A stretch of DNA of 64,000 bases from Promethearchaeota archaeon (GCA_019057865.1 JAHLWP010000019.1:1-64000); one strand, 5' to 3'; shown: positions 8,390-19,411, counted from the stretch's first letter. The notes: generated from the sequence alone by a model not told the origin. Program-made: numbers and translations.

Positions 8390-10696
8390 GTGAAAAGGAC
8401 TTCAAAAATTAAATCAAAACCGAGTAGTTCCATTCGGAAAGGTTTTAAATATCAAGATTTGCAAGCTCTTCGTTTAACATTAGAATTATATATTGAAAAT
8501 ATAGATTTCGAGCTACTTATGGAAGAGGATAATCAAGGTAATCTTGATGATATTCAGATTTTTAGAGATAATAAATTATTAGCATATCAAGTAAAACTTG
8601 CAACTACAAAACACGCATCTTATAAAATAATTGATTTTATTGATCCAAAAGATAAAAACAAGAAAAGAATCCATATCAAAAAATTTGCAAATGGTTGGAG
8701 AGATTTAAAAAAAAAATACCCAAAAAAAGATATTAGAATTATACTCTTATCTAATCACTCTGAGGGCGATGATCTTTTAGATATCATTAAACAAGGTCAA
8801 TTTCAACAAGAATTCATAGAAAATAAGAAATATAAAGATGTTAAAATAATCCGTAAAAATTTAAAAGAGCAAACATCATTAGAGGAGGAAGAATTTAAAG
8901 ATTTCTTAAGTCATTTTCATTTCCAATTAAAAGATAAAAATTTAAATGATTTAGAAGTATATATTAAAGAAAATCTACTTTTTACACGATTGAACATTAA
9001 GAATAAAGCGATATTTGACACTTTAAGAAGAAAGTTTGAAGACTATGCAATTCAAAAAAGAAAGGCTATTAATGCTGAGTTTTATAAGAGTATTTTAGGA
9101 CCATTAGAATCAAAGTTTTATAGAAATTTCCCAGATATATTGAAAGAATGTATCTTTAATGAAAATGATAAGGATTTCAGACGAATCATGCAAATTTATG
9201 TACCTCCTGAAGGTTTAAACATAGCCTTTGAAAAATTAAAAGCTCATAGATTTTTAATGATTACTGGTCCTCCTCATATAGGAAAAACATCAACATTATA
9301 TAAGTTAGCCTATGATATAAAACAATCTCATGAAGATATTAAGTTGATCCTTGAGGTTGATGATCAATCAGAAGCAATCTTAAAACTAATAAGCATCTAT
9401 ATAAAAAACTCAATAATATTATTTGATGATATTTTTGGAAAATTAGATTTTGAAAAAAAAAGGAGAGCAGAAAATTTTGAGAAAATTCTTAAACTGACAC
9501 AAAATCCAAATAATAATTTTGTTATCTGTACTTCTCGTGTAGAGCATCTCTCAAAAGCAAAAATTGAGACTGAAAGTTACTTTGATCCTGAATATGAATT
9601 TAAGATGAAACAAGAAGGAGTGTATAGTGATGATGCTCTAAATCAAATTTTAGATAATCATCTGAGATATTATTTACATGAAGGTACAGTTTCTGAGAGA
9701 GAAATAAATATCATCAAAAAAAACCAAATAAATGTTATAAAGAGTCTTAGATTTCCTCATAATTATCAGTTTTTAATTGAGAAAAATTTGAAAAATGTAA
9801 TTTCTGGGAAAATAGATATGATTAAAGCCATTGAGTGCTCAAAACACATCAAAAAAGCAGTAAAGAGATGGTTTTTAAAAATAGAGAATAATGAAATTAA
9901 ACATTTTATATTAACAATTGCGATTTTTCAAAATTTAGAAGAAGGAGTATTAGAACAAATCCACAAAGGGTTTATCAATCTTCTAAGAGAACATCATAGA
10001 ATTGATATTATCTACAGACCTCTTAGACTTTTAATGAAAAAAGCTGAAATATCTGAGTACATCCACTATAAAAGCAATATGATAACATTTATCCATCCGA
10101 GTTATTATGAAGGGATTATGGAATTATTATTAGAGGAAGGTTATATCATAGATTATTGCTCCATCATAAATATAATATTAAAGCAAGTCTATGAGACTCA
10201 ATGCATAACTATAAATAAATTCATAAATATCCTTAGTAGCATTGGTAGTATAGCTCCTAATATATCCATACCTTTTTTAACTAAATTAATTAGCATATCT
10301 GATTTAGAGGTTTTAGCACTCGTCGAAGCAGCTTTTTATAGAATCGGAATACACCACCCTGATGCAATTCTTTCAGTAATAGATGAATATATGAGCAATA
10401 TGAATGAACTAATAAGAAAAGTTATTATTCTGACTCTTTTAGATTTAGGCCGTAGATATCCAAATATAATTCTGCAGTTTTTAGGAAAGAAAATGAGCAG
10501 TAAAGATGAAACTACTTTAAATAATATTATAGAGGTCTTTCGAAAAATGATTGTAGTGGATCTAATTTCAGAAAAAAATAATATTGGAGTTTTTCCATTC
10601 CTAAATAAGAAAATATTCAGCGAAGATGAACACATAAGAAAAGTAATTGGAATTATTATAGGATATATTGGATTAATGATTCCAGAAGATCCTTAA
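8390..10696 (+). CDS. Avs-like protein: N-terminal PD-(D/E)xK (Cap4-like) nuclease + nSTAND3-type NTPase + HEAT-like repeats, C-terminally truncated
   Basis: GFKYQD...LDDI...YQVK nuclease signature; Walker A GPPHIGKTS; Walker B LFDDIFG; helical repeats that end abruptly. Confidence 0.75.
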   Translation: MKRTSKIKSKPSSSIRKGFKYQDLQALRLTLELYIENIDFELLMEEDNQGNLDDIQIFRDNKLLAYQVKLATTKHASYKIIDFIDPKDKNKKRIHIKKFANGWRDLKKKYPKKDIRIILLSNHSEGDDLLDIIKQGQFQQEFIENKKYKDVKIIRKNLKEQTSLEEEEFKDFLSHFHFQLKDKNLNDLEVYIKENLLFTRLNIKNKAIFDTLRRKFEDYAIQKRKAINAEFYKSILGPLESKFYRNFPDILKECIFNENDKDFRRIMQIYVPPEGLNIAFEKLKAHRFLMITGPPHIGKTSTLYKLAYDIKQSHEDIKLILEVDDQSEAILKLISIYIKNSIILFDDIFGKLDFEKKRRAENFEKILKLTQNPNNNFVICTSRVEHLSKAKIETESYFDPEYEFKMKQEGVYSDDALNQILDNHLRYYLHEGTVSEREINIIKKNQINVIKSLRFPHNYQFLIEKNLKNVISGKIDMIKAIECSKHIKKAVKRWFLKIENNEIKHFILTIAIFQNLEEGVLEQIHKGFINLLREHHRIDIIYRPLRLLMKKAEISEYIHYKSNMITFIHPSYYEGIMELLLEEGYIIDYCSIINIILKQVYETQCITINKFINILSSIGSIAPNISIPFLTKLISISDLEVLALVEAAFYRIGIHHPDAILSVIDEYMSNMNELIRKVIILTLLDLGRRYPNIILQFLGKKMSSKDETTLNNIIEVFRKMIVVDLISEKNNIGVFPFLNKKIFSEDEHIRKVIGIIIGYIGLMIPEDP

Positions 10697-10826
10697 ATGC
10701 CCTAAATGTAGTTTTAAATATCCGAAATTTGATCTTGGTCTTGGAGGGAGCTTAGCATTAGGAACATTAATAGGCTTAGGTATCGCAGGATTAATTTATT
10801 TATTGACAAAAGATGAAAATAAATAG
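10689..10826 (+). pseudogene. 3' remnant of a small Zn-ribbon + transmembrane protein
   Basis: An alternative frame reads ILKCPKCSFKYPKFDLGLGGSLALGTLIGLGIAGLIYLLTKDENK*; no start of its own. Confidence 0.6.
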
Positions 10827-10843
10827 CAATCAGAGAAAGAGGT

Positions 10844-11644
10844 GTGATTTTTTTGAGAGAAATATGTCATAAAGGATTAGCTAAATTGGTTGGAGCTTAT
10901 GGGTCAGTTCCAATGAATAATGAAGATCTGTTTGAATTAATAAAAGCATCAATAGAACCAGATCTGGAAAAGAGAAAGAATATCGAGAAAAATCTACAAA
11001 ATATTCCCAAAGTAGTACCAATTCTATTCGAAACGTTAGTTGAACATACTATAGGAGCGAAGGAGAACGCAATCTTAAATTTGAGGAAAGCTAAAAATGC
11101 TTATCTCAAAGATGATTCATCTTGGATTAGTTTTTTAGGACAGACATTCCATTACATTACAGATTGGGGAACACCATATCACGCTCCTCTCTCAGTGGCA
11201 AATCCAGTCATCCCAAATACCATTTTTTGGACATTAATTATGGGATTATTAGGAATAATTGTTAATCGAAAGAAAGGTTCAAAAAAAATGTTAGAAAGTG
11301 CCATTAAATGGGGTTTGATTGGAGCTGGTACATCAGGTGGTTCTAGCTTAATTAAACTATATTTAGATCATGAGCTTTTTGAAGAACAATGTGATGAATA
11401 TTGGAATAGATATAAAAGTTCAATCAGTAGAAAATTCATATCTCAAAAAAAGGTTTTACACCTGCCAAGAAATTTTGAAGAAGCAATCATGTTATTTGAC
11501 GAGAAGATGAATAACTTGCGAACTATCTGCAATAATACATCTCCTGATTGGATTTTGTCTAGCGATGGGGATAATTTTGCTGATTATATGGTTCAGATTG
11601 CTGTCGTGATGGATTTCGCAATCCAAATCATTAAATATTATTGA
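10844..11644 (+). CDS. Zinc-dependent phospholipase C/S1-P1 nuclease-like protein with inserted hydrophobic segments
   Basis: LGQTFHYITDWGTPYHA and H..FE motifs; hydrophobic/Gly-rich segments between them. Confidence 0.65.
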   Translation: MIFLREICHKGLAKLVGAYGSVPMNNEDLFELIKASIEPDLEKRKNIEKNLQNIPKVVPILFETLVEHTIGAKENAILNLRKAKNAYLKDDSSWISFLGQTFHYITDWGTPYHAPLSVANPVIPNTIFWTLIMGLLGIIVNRKKGSKKMLESAIKWGLIGAGTSGGSSLIKLYLDHELFEEQCDEYWNRYKSSISRKFISQKKVLHLPRNFEEAIMLFDEKMNNLRTICNNTSPDWILSSDGDNFADYMVQIAVVMDFAIQIIKYY

Positions 11645-11647
11645 ATT

Positions 11648-11670
11648 TCCCTCACCCGCGGTGCCCTCCT
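11648..11670 (+). repeat. Site A copy 1
   Basis: tccctcacccgcggtgccctcct, 3 bp after the stop codon; flanked by tttccc...gggaaa. Confidence 0.75.
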
Positions 11671-11821
11671 CATTACTTGGGAAATAGTAAGATTAAAGAA
11701 AAGATTATAGAAAATCTTAAAGGATTCTTGGATGTAGGGTTTTGATTAGAAATGAATATAAATATTTATTCGATTTTAGATTAATTAATTATAAATAAGA
11801 TAAAATGAAAGGCTTGATCGA

Positions 11822-12757
11822 GTGTCAAATATTCCAGATTTAATTAAATCTATTAAAAATACGATAAATAGAAAAGACCAATTAATAAAAAATCTCCAGA
11901 AAGTTATTGAAATTGCAGAAAACTATGAGCACGACAATGCAATCAACTGGGTAAGTTGGGAACTAAATGGTTATGATGATAAAGAATCAATTCCTCATTA
12001 TAGAAAAATAAATATTTTTGTCCATAAACATAGTTCTCCCTTTATTGCAGAGAGAAAATATGAAAAAACAGAATATTTTTTAAAATCTATCAAGGAAGTA
12101 ATTGAAAATTCTAAAAAGTATTTATCAACTTATAATACTACGAATATATGGGGAACACCCAAAACTCATTATATTAAAAAATCTGAATTTTTAGAAATAA
12201 TCGAGGGAGTCAAGAGAAAAATTAAAGAATACATCTCAAAAATATTAAAAGACCCAGATGATATTGAAGCGGATTTTAGTTTTATAGTTGAACAGAGTTA
12301 TCAAGAATATCAAACGAAATTAAGACAAGAAAAATTTGATCTTTTACTTGGAAAATTAGATTTATATTTGAAAGATAAGAAAGAGAAAGAGACTTTTTCA
12401 AAAAACTTGAGCACATTATTAAAGTTTGAATATGATAGGAATTACAAATTCTGTATGATTTTAATGGGAGCAATTTTAGAATTTCTATTAGTCAGATATT
12501 GTAGAAATAATAACATACCATCTGAACCTTATAACAATCGGAAAGGTGATACATTTGCTAATTATATCGAAGCTGCTATTAAAAATGATATTTTTGGGGA
12601 AAAAATGAGGTGGGTAATTGTACAATCACATCTTAGAGACTTTAGAAATTATATTCATATCCTTAAGGAAATTCGGAGTATAGAAATCGATGAAAAATGG
12701 TATGAAACTATTAAACCAGTGTTTGAAGTTCTTTATAATAAGTTTAAAGCTTCTTAA
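11822..12757 (+). CDS. AbiTii-like N-terminal domain + C-terminal HEPN/DUF4145-like domain
   Basis: WVSWELNGY....IPHYRKI (AbiTii-like); ILMGAILE and RNYIH motifs. Confidence 0.7.
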   Translation: MSNIPDLIKSIKNTINRKDQLIKNLQKVIEIAENYEHDNAINWVSWELNGYDDKESIPHYRKINIFVHKHSSPFIAERKYEKTEYFLKSIKEVIENSKKYLSTYNTTNIWGTPKTHYIKKSEFLEIIEGVKRKIKEYISKILKDPDDIEADFSFIVEQSYQEYQTKLRQEKFDLLLGKLDLYLKDKKEKETFSKNLSTLLKFEYDRNYKFCMILMGAILEFLLVRYCRNNNIPSEPYNNRKGDTFANYIEAAIKNDIFGEKMRWVIVQSHLRDFRNYIHILKEIRSIEIDEKWYETIKPVFEVLYNKFKAS

Positions 12758-12822
12758 TAAAAATCTTGTAAAAAGTAAAAGAATAGATAATATTTTTTAC
12801 CAATTTCCCTAATAATTGGTGC

Positions 12823-13180
12823 CTCCCTCCCCCGTGGAGCCCCCTCCTAAAAAAGTGGGGTGGAACTGTTCTAGAATAGTGTTATTTATTCAAGCTCATT
12901 ATTAATTACTATTTTAATCATCAAGGATTTCCAGATTTTAATAATAATTGAAGTAGGATGGTATTTCAGCTGAAAAAACAATAATGCGTTATTAAATCAG
13001 CTTATAGATATTGTGAATAGCTTAAAAATTAATGCTAACCTAAAAAGGACATAAGAAAGACATAACAAATATAAGAATTAGAAATTGTACGTTAATTGGA
13101 TTACTTTTGGCAATAACTTTCAAATATTATTGATTAAGTAAAGAATAAGTTTTTTTAAATTTTAACGGTTATTTCACGAA
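12823..13180 (+). repeat. ~357-bp A-B unit copy 1 (site A at 12823-12848; site B at 13166-13180)
   Basis: Nearly identical to 22151-22508 and 52481-52836; no ORF of note. Confidence 0.95.
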
Positions 13181-13304
13181 TCCCCACAAAAGCTAATCTA
13201 ATAATTATTTTATCCTGAATCTTAATTGTCTAAGAGTCAATTTACTAAAAACTTAGCTCTTATCTTTCAATAAATAGACAATTTGAGTTTACCTTTTAGT
13301 TCAG

Positions 13305-13319
13305 TAACCGTTTCACGAA
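13305..13319 (+). repeat. Site B' (TAACCG-TTTCACGAA, inverted core)
   Basis: Same arm as site B with the 6-bp core reverse-complemented; 139 bp after site B. Confidence 0.7.
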
Positions 13320-13465
13320 ATACTCTCCTGTAAAAATCTTGACTTCATTAATTAGCTCAGATTCAAGTGATTGAACTAAACATCCTCAAATAAAATTTTC
13401 ATTACATATTATTAACTCATGATTGCATGTTAAGATATATATCTTAAAAGAAAATATAAATAAAC

Positions 13466-14152
13466 ATGGCAAAAATTAATGATATTCTGAAATATAAGAA
13501 AATTTTTTTTTTAACTATTATAATTTTGGTAGAAATAATTTTATTAGTTTTATTTACAATCCTATTCATTACAACTAACATAGAATTTTATAATCTTATA
13601 GTTGAATCATTAAGAAATTTTATAATATTAACCAGTGTAGTAACCGCTTTAACTATCCCATTTGTAATGAAAGATATTGAAGAAAAGAAACGAGAAGTGG
13701 AGTTAAGAGATCGAATAGAAACAGTTATCAATGAACTTAAAAATTATTTTGAAATTATTATCTCTTCTAAATTTGATGGACTGCCAAAGAAAAATCTATA
13801 CATTCCTCCTCAATTTCAATTTTTTAAATCCATTGCTAAAAAAGAACCTGAATTCTTAAAAAAACTCGGTATCGATATTTCAATTTATACGAGGACTTCA
13901 AAAATTGGAACTCAATATGAAGGAGGTACTTTAATAATCCTGAATATTTATAGATTACGTGGTGGGAATCAACCAACTCTTGTTTTCATACGCACAGATA
14001 GTAAATTTTCTGAGTTACTGGGTTCATATGAAAATCTTCTAAAAAAAATCATTGAAAACGCAGAAAATAATTTCTCCATAACATTAGATAAAAATTTATG
14101 CTTATTATCAGATAATCTTAAATCAGGTTATATGGAAGTAACCAAAAATTGA
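13466..14152 (+). CDS. Hypothetical membrane protein (2 N-terminal TM helices)
   Basis: Two long hydrophobic stretches followed by a charged coiled segment. Confidence 0.65.
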   Translation: MAKINDILKYKKIFFLTIIILVEIILLVLFTILFITTNIEFYNLIVESLRNFIILTSVVTALTIPFVMKDIEEKKREVELRDRIETVINELKNYFEIIISSKFDGLPKKNLYIPPQFQFFKSIAKKEPEFLKKLGIDISIYTRTSKIGTQYEGGTLIILNIYRLRGGNQPTLVFIRTDSKFSELLGSYENLLKKIIENAENNFSITLDKNLCLLSDNLKSGYMEVTKN

Positions 14153-14283
14153 ACTTTTTATAACATAATTGCCTTAAACTGTCATTTATTCAATACTGTA
14201 TATCAGGATGAAGAACTTTGGATATACTAGAATTCTATTTAATTATTAAGATTATTTTTTTTTTAATAAATCTGAATTAACTT

Positions 14284-14295
14284 CGGTTATTTCAC
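14284..14295 (+). repeat. Site B (CGGTTATTTCAC)
   Basis: 12-bp match to the site B consensus, intergenic. Confidence 0.65.
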
Positions 14296-14507
14296 ATACT
14301 TCAAAAATTAAAGATCATTTCTATTCTCAATCTAGCATTAAAATATGAAAAGGATGTCATCTGGTCATTATAATGGTCAAATATAGTAAAAACTTTCCGT
14401 ACATATAATTCTTTTATTGTATCAATGATAAATTTCAAGAAAAAACCGATGTTGTAATCCTCCAAAGTGATCAAATTTTGCCAAGTATACATCTTATATC
14501 TGCTTAA

Positions 14508-14723
14508 ATGGCTGAAGATAAAAAAAATAAATTTATTCATACTAATAGGAGACTATTATTTAAAAGAAAATTGGAGTATATTGAGATAGATGTTAATGAA
14601 TTTTTCCTCTTATTTGAAAAAATATTTCGTCTATTAAATACGCTTGACCTTTCAATAAAAATAATAGGAATTAAATTATTGTCTGATGGAAAAGATCCAT
14701 TCGATATGTATAGATATGATTAA
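14508..14723 (+). pseudogene. Probable gene remnant / small hypothetical protein
   Basis: 71 aa ORF with protein-like composition; no recognised motif. Confidence 0.3.
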
Positions 14724-14880
14724 AGAAAGTAAGATAGAAAGCAAGGAGAAAAACTAATTTTAATCTCTTTGTTTGAGCTTCCTTTCTTTTGAAAAATATA
14801 ATTTATAATTAGATAGAGTATTTCTAGCCAATTTTGAATCAGACCATAATTGGAGATAAATGAATTAGGCTCCCATATCT

Positions 14881-16095
14881 TTAATTTTTCTCCAAAAAAG
14901 CTATTAAATTTTCACCTAATCTAAACCCTATGCTATCTCCATAACCCAATAAAATCTCATTAAATATTTCTTGTAATAATCTTTGTTTACCTTCTTTACT
15001 ACTTAGTTCTTTAATAGTATAAATACGTTCAAAAGGTATAAAACTATTGTGTTGGAAATTAAATTTAGGTCTATTGTATATGAATTTTGGTTGAGGAGAA
15101 TATTTCCAATTCGAGATATTTAATACGCTAAAGATTATTTTTATTGCTCCAAGATACTTAAGTTTATTGAAAAACTTTGAGAGAAAGTACAAGAAACCTA
15201 GCACATAAGCTGACATAATTTGGACTGGTAATGTTTGGTTGTAGGGATCTTTTTTTAACCCATAACGCCAATCATAGAGAACCAATCCTTCCCTCTGGAT
15301 CAATATACTGCCAATCAAACTTGATGAGGATATATACTGAAGGCCTTCCCTAGTAACACTTAAATTATTAAAAATTTGAGTAGGAAAGGAATCAATAGGA
15401 GGTCCATTTTTTGTCTCTATTTCCAAATAATCTTTTAATTCTGAAATTTGCGGAATCTTAAATAATCCTCCTGTGTTAAGAAGGGGATAAGCTATAATTC
15501 TCATATTCAAATCACTTTTTACCTTTTGAGATGTTATATTTTGATCGAATTCTTTTTCTAGTTTTGTTAACTTATTAAATATTGCTTCTTCATCGACATG
15601 AGCTCTAGATTCCTCTAAATATTCAACTTTTGATTTTTCTTTTGAATATTGAGCCTTTAAGTAATTGGTAGGTTCCACTGTTTTAGCTTTTTCAATGATT
15701 CCTACCTCTTTTAATATTATTTCGGTTAATCGTACATATTCAATAGCAAATTCTGGTCTAATTCCTAATGTTATTGATTCTGACCTATGTTGAAATAAAT
15801 TCCTTTGATCATGCAGTTTTTTAATTCCTTTATCATATTGGGGGACATTAGGATAAAGGGGGCTTAAAATCTCTTTGTACAATTTCGGGAAATCAAAAGT
15901 TTTTTTATTTCCTTTACTTGAAATTGTTTGATATGTTAAGCTCTTTTCTTGAGCAATAAAAATACAGATCTTAGAAATCAAATTATCTACTAAATAATGA
16001 CTCAGTTCACTCAAGATTAGTTCATTCGATTTAGAAAATTCTAAAGCTAATTTATATAAATTAATGAATACTTCATATTCTGCTTTTCTATTCAT
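14881..16095 (-). CDS. Protein with N-terminal HEPN-like domain
   Basis: LHDQRNLFQH (RxxxxH); C-terminal domain not recognised. Confidence 0.6.
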   Translation of the reverse strand: MNRKAEYEVFINLYKLALEFSKSNELILSELSHYLVDNLISKICIFIAQEKSLTYQTISSKGNKKTFDFPKLYKEILSPLYPNVPQYDKGIKKLHDQRNLFQHRSESITLGIRPEFAIEYVRLTEIILKEVGIIEKAKTVEPTNYLKAQYSKEKSKVEYLEESRAHVDEEAIFNKLTKLEKEFDQNITSQKVKSDLNMRIIAYPLLNTGGLFKIPQISELKDYLEIETKNGPPIDSFPTQIFNNLSVTREGLQYISSSSLIGSILIQREGLVLYDWRYGLKKDPYNQTLPVQIMSAYVLGFLYFLSKFFNKLKYLGAIKIIFSVLNISNWKYSPQPKFIYNRPKFNFQHNSFIPFERIYTIKELSSKEGKQRLLQEIFNEILLGYGDSIGFRLGENLIAFLEKN

Positions 16096-16347
16096 GATAA
16101 TTTTAACTCTTCCAATGTTAAAATTGATGGACTTCTAAATTTCCCTTTAAAAATTATTATTTATACTAATGAATACATTGATATCGTCAAGACTATTAAT
16201 CTTAATTGTATTAGTATAGCCTGATTCGTGAAAGGGATTCTTGAATCCTATCGAAATAATTTTCATTTTTAATCAGTTATATTACTTTTTTGTCTTATTA
16301 TTCAATAAAACGAACAGAAATATATCTTTTTCCCTATTTTCTCCTAT

Positions 16348-16373
16348 CTCCCTCCCCCGTGGTGCCCCCTCCT
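16348..16373 (+). repeat. Site A copy 3
   Basis: ctccctcccccgtggtgccccctcct, exact consensus. Confidence 0.9.
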
Positions 16374-16603
16374 AAAAATTACGAAAAAAATTATTTGAAG
16401 GAACTAATTATTTCTGAACATATTTCTTCAGAAGTGTTATCTTTTATGTAATCTAAAAAACATTCAGGGTCTAGTTTTTGATAAGAAATTTTGAACACTT
16501 ATCACATTGATAATAAATGTGATCTTATTTAGTAACAATCGAATTTTAATTATTAAAGATCATAATAAGGGATCTAAAAAGGCAAAAATAAGCATATAGG
16601 AAT

Positions 16604-17176
16604 ATGAATATAATGAAAAAATTAAATAATGATAAGGTTGCAGTTATAGATATTGAAACAACAGGGAAAATACAAGAAAGTGATTTAATTCTTGAGATTG
16701 GAATTGTTGAATTAAGCTTACTAACTGGTGAAACTAAGATTCTTTTTAATTCATTAGTAAAGGAACCTAAATTTGGGGAAGAACATAGGGACACATGGAT
16801 TTTTGACAATTCAGATCTCAAATTTGAAAATATTGAAAATGCTCCACCATTTGAAAATTTAAAACAGAAAATAAGCGAAATTTTCAATCAATACCCAATA
16901 ACTGCATATAATAAAGCTTTCGATCTTGGTTTTTTAAAAGCTAGAGGGATTAATGTCCCCAAAGAATTACCATGTATAATGTTGACAGCACAAAATGTTT
17001 TAAAAATTCCATATAAATATGACAGCTCAAGATATAAAAAGCCTAATGTTCAAGAGTCTTGGGACTTTTTCTTCCCAAATAATGAATACACTGAAAAACA
17101 TAGAGCTGTAGATGATGCTAACCATGAAGCTAAAATTCTTTTTGAATTATACAAACGTGGACATTTTCTTATTTAA
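16604..17176 (+). CDS. DEDDh 3'-5' exonuclease (DnaQ-like)
   Basis: ExoI IDIETTG, ExoII AYNKAFD, ExoIII HRAVDDA. Confidence 0.9.
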   Translation: MNIMKKLNNDKVAVIDIETTGKIQESDLILEIGIVELSLLTGETKILFNSLVKEPKFGEEHRDTWIFDNSDLKFENIENAPPFENLKQKISEIFNQYPITAYNKAFDLGFLKARGINVPKELPCIMLTAQNVLKIPYKYDSSRYKKPNVQESWDFFFPNNEYTEKHRAVDDANHEAKILFELYKRGHFLI

Positions 17177-17314
17177 GATAAAAAGAAAAAATATTTTATT
17201 ATATTTATAATCCTCAACATGTTCTACTCTCATTTTCTGTGTAAACTCGATTATAGTTTTCATAATGCTTTTTTCTATTGTCATTCAGAATAAAAATAGT
17301 CATAATTTTTTTTT

Positions 17315-17340
17315 CTCTCTCCCCCATGGTGCCCTCTCCT
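17315..17340 (+). repeat. Site A copy 4
   Basis: ctctctcccccatggtgccctctcct (3 mismatches to consensus). Confidence 0.85.
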
Positions 17341-17595
17341 AGAAAAGTAGGAAAAATTAATTCAAATTTTATTTCGGATAAGATGGAAAGTCAGTGATTA
17401 TGATAAGTGCTCATTTAGGATATGAAAATCTTTTAATAAATCAATAGTCGTTAACAGAAATTTTGTTTCTTAATAAAATTTGAATATCTTGCTTTTAAAT
17501 TTCACCGCTAAAGAGAAAATTAGATTCAAATCAATCAGAATTACTTAATTCAAATATTTTTTCAAAATTGTCGACCAATGGCTCGGGTAAAGTTT

Positions 17596-17982
17596 TTACG
17601 TTGCCAATTTCACTTTTCCATAGTAAGTTTTCCAATTTTCTTCATTTAATAATTCTACATCTTTGACTTTTCTTAAACTATATTTAAAAAATTTCCTTCT
17701 TAAACAGAGAACTAGGATATTACTATTAAGAGCTGTCTTTATCTCATCAAAAACCCCTTTTCCAATATGATTCTTAAGCTCTGAAACAACTAATATATCA
17801 GAATTTTTGACAGCTCTAAAATATGGTTCCATTTTTGTAGTATCATCCCATATAATATCTGTATTTGGATTAAATATCGAAGAAAATTTCTTTCTGAGGA
17901 ATCTTAACTCTTTTTTTTCTCTTTTAGTATTATAAATTAATATACTATGGGCATAATATACGTTGACCATTATTCTTCTCAT
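17596..17982 (-). CDS. Nucleoside 2-deoxyribosyltransferase-like protein
   Basis: VYYAHS, IFNP, SDILVV, IGKGVFDEI..A motifs of the NDT-like fold. Confidence 0.65.
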   Translation of the reverse strand: MRRIMVNVYYAHSILIYNTKREKKELRFLRKKFSSIFNPNTDIIWDDTTKMEPYFRAVKNSDILVVSELKNHIGKGVFDEIKTALNSNILVLCLRRKFFKYSLRKVKDVELLNEENWKTYYGKVKLAT

Positions 17983-18068
17983 TCAATACCAATTTTTCAA
18001 TAGAATTTCTAAAACTCATTGGAGCTATTTCAAGAATTGTATATGATCTTTATAAAAAAAATTCAATT

Positions 18069-18236
18069 AATTCTGAAAATAAACCTTATTTTGAATTTTT
18101 AGAAGCTTGTGGAAAAGAGATAAGAAATTATCTTGAAGAACACCCAGACTTTAAAAATATATATCAAGGTTCGGATATTGTAAATGCGCTCGAAGAATTA
18201 TATAATGTTCTAAAAAAGAGTCTTATTGAGGAATAG
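18069..18236 (+). pseudogene. 3' gene remnant
   Basis: Open frame NSENKPYFEFLEACGKEIRNYLEEHPDFK...LIEE* without a start. Confidence 0.45.
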
Positions 18237-18333
18237 TAAATATCTAGAAATTAAACATTTAGGATTCTACACTAAATGATGCTAAGTCAAAATATATTAA
18301 TACACAAAAACATCGAAATTTAGTTCAAACTAT

Positions 18334-18359
18334 CTCCCTCCCCCGTGGTGCCCCCTCCT
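18334..18359 (+). repeat. Site A copy 5
   Basis: ctccctcccccgtggtgccccctcct, exact consensus. Confidence 0.9.
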
Positions 18360-18538
18360 GGAAAAGTAGATAAGGAAAAGATGTAAAGGTACGGATTATT
18401 TATTTCCCTTTGAATTCTTCGTAATCAATAATATTAAATAATAGGATTAATCACTAATTCTATTTACTCTTTAACAATAAAGTAGAAAAATAATATGAGG
18501 ATTTAAAGAACTAATGAAGATAAGTAGGTTAGATTCTC

Positions 18539-19411
18539 ATGTCTTTAGGTGTTAAATTAAAGAGTATTTCAGAATATTATCAGCAACAAATTACATTGGT
18601 AATGGATGTATTGTTTTCAACATATTATATTTTAAAAAATGAATATATTAAAATTAGAGATCTTTTAAGTAGCGAGGATTATCAAAAGAGATATACGGAA
18701 TACTTAAAAATAATAGATCAACTTGAAAAGAGTGCTGAGGGAACTGGGATATATTTATCTGAGCAACACCAAGATATGTTAGAGAAACACCGCGAAATGA
18801 GATTGAATATCCCGAAATCAGAACACTTAATGAATATGACTCTTGTTTATCTCATGGCTCTTTTTGAAGGTTTTAATAAAAACTTGTTTCTAACTTTGCT
18901 AATGAATAGGCCTGAACAAATGAAGAATAGAAAAAAATCAATTAATTATGAAAGATTATTAGAATTTAATTCTCTTGAAGATTTACATAAACATTTAGCA
19001 GAAAAAATTACAAATGAATTAGGATACAAGGATATTGATGAGTTTAATAATTTTTTATCAGAGCAGTATAAAATAGATTTAAATAATAAGTTTAAAAATT
19101 GGGAAGCTCTAAGAGACAATTATTATAGGAGAAATATCATAGTTCATAATAATGGTCGTATTTCTGAATTATGCATTAAAAAGTTAAATATATCACCAGA
19201 CCTTTTAAATAGTAAGCCTATTATGAATATTGATTACTTAGCTGAAGCTTCTAATAACATTAAAACCTATATGGATTTCATTTTCACATCTATTAAGGAA
19301 AAGTTCAAATTAAACACATCAGTAAGAAGATTTGCACCATTTCCTCCTAATTTTAATAAGCCAATGGTAGTCAAAAGGGGAAAAGATGAAATTTTCAATA
19401 ATGAGAAATAG
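18539..19411 (+). CDS. HEPN domain protein (RiboL-PSP-HEPN-like)
   Basis: LVYLMALFEGF and RRNIIVHNNG motifs. Confidence 0.75.
   Translation: MSLGVKLKSISEYYQQQITLVMDVLFSTYYILKNEYIKIRDLLSSEDYQKRYTEYLKIIDQLEKSAEGTGIYLSEQHQDMLEKHREMRLNIPKSEHLMNMTLVYLMALFEGFNKNLFLTLLMNRPEQMKNRKKSINYERLLEFNSLEDLHKHLAEKITNELGYKDIDEFNNFLSEQYKIDLNNKFKNWEALRDNYYRRNIIVHNNGRISELCIKKLNISPDLLNSKPIMNIDYLAEASNNIKTYMDFIFTSIKEKFKLNTSVRRFAPFPPNFNKPMVVKRGKDEIFNNEK

Noticed and set aside
12823-12860. Site A reverse complement (…GGGGGCACCA) as a tRNA 3' end / att duplication
   Set aside because: No T-arm (GTTCRAATC) precedes it in any copy; the resemblance is limited to GGCACCA.
12950-13055. Small ORF inside the A-B unit
   Set aside because: All frames checked on the + strand close within ~30 codons and lack a convincing start; treated as non-coding.
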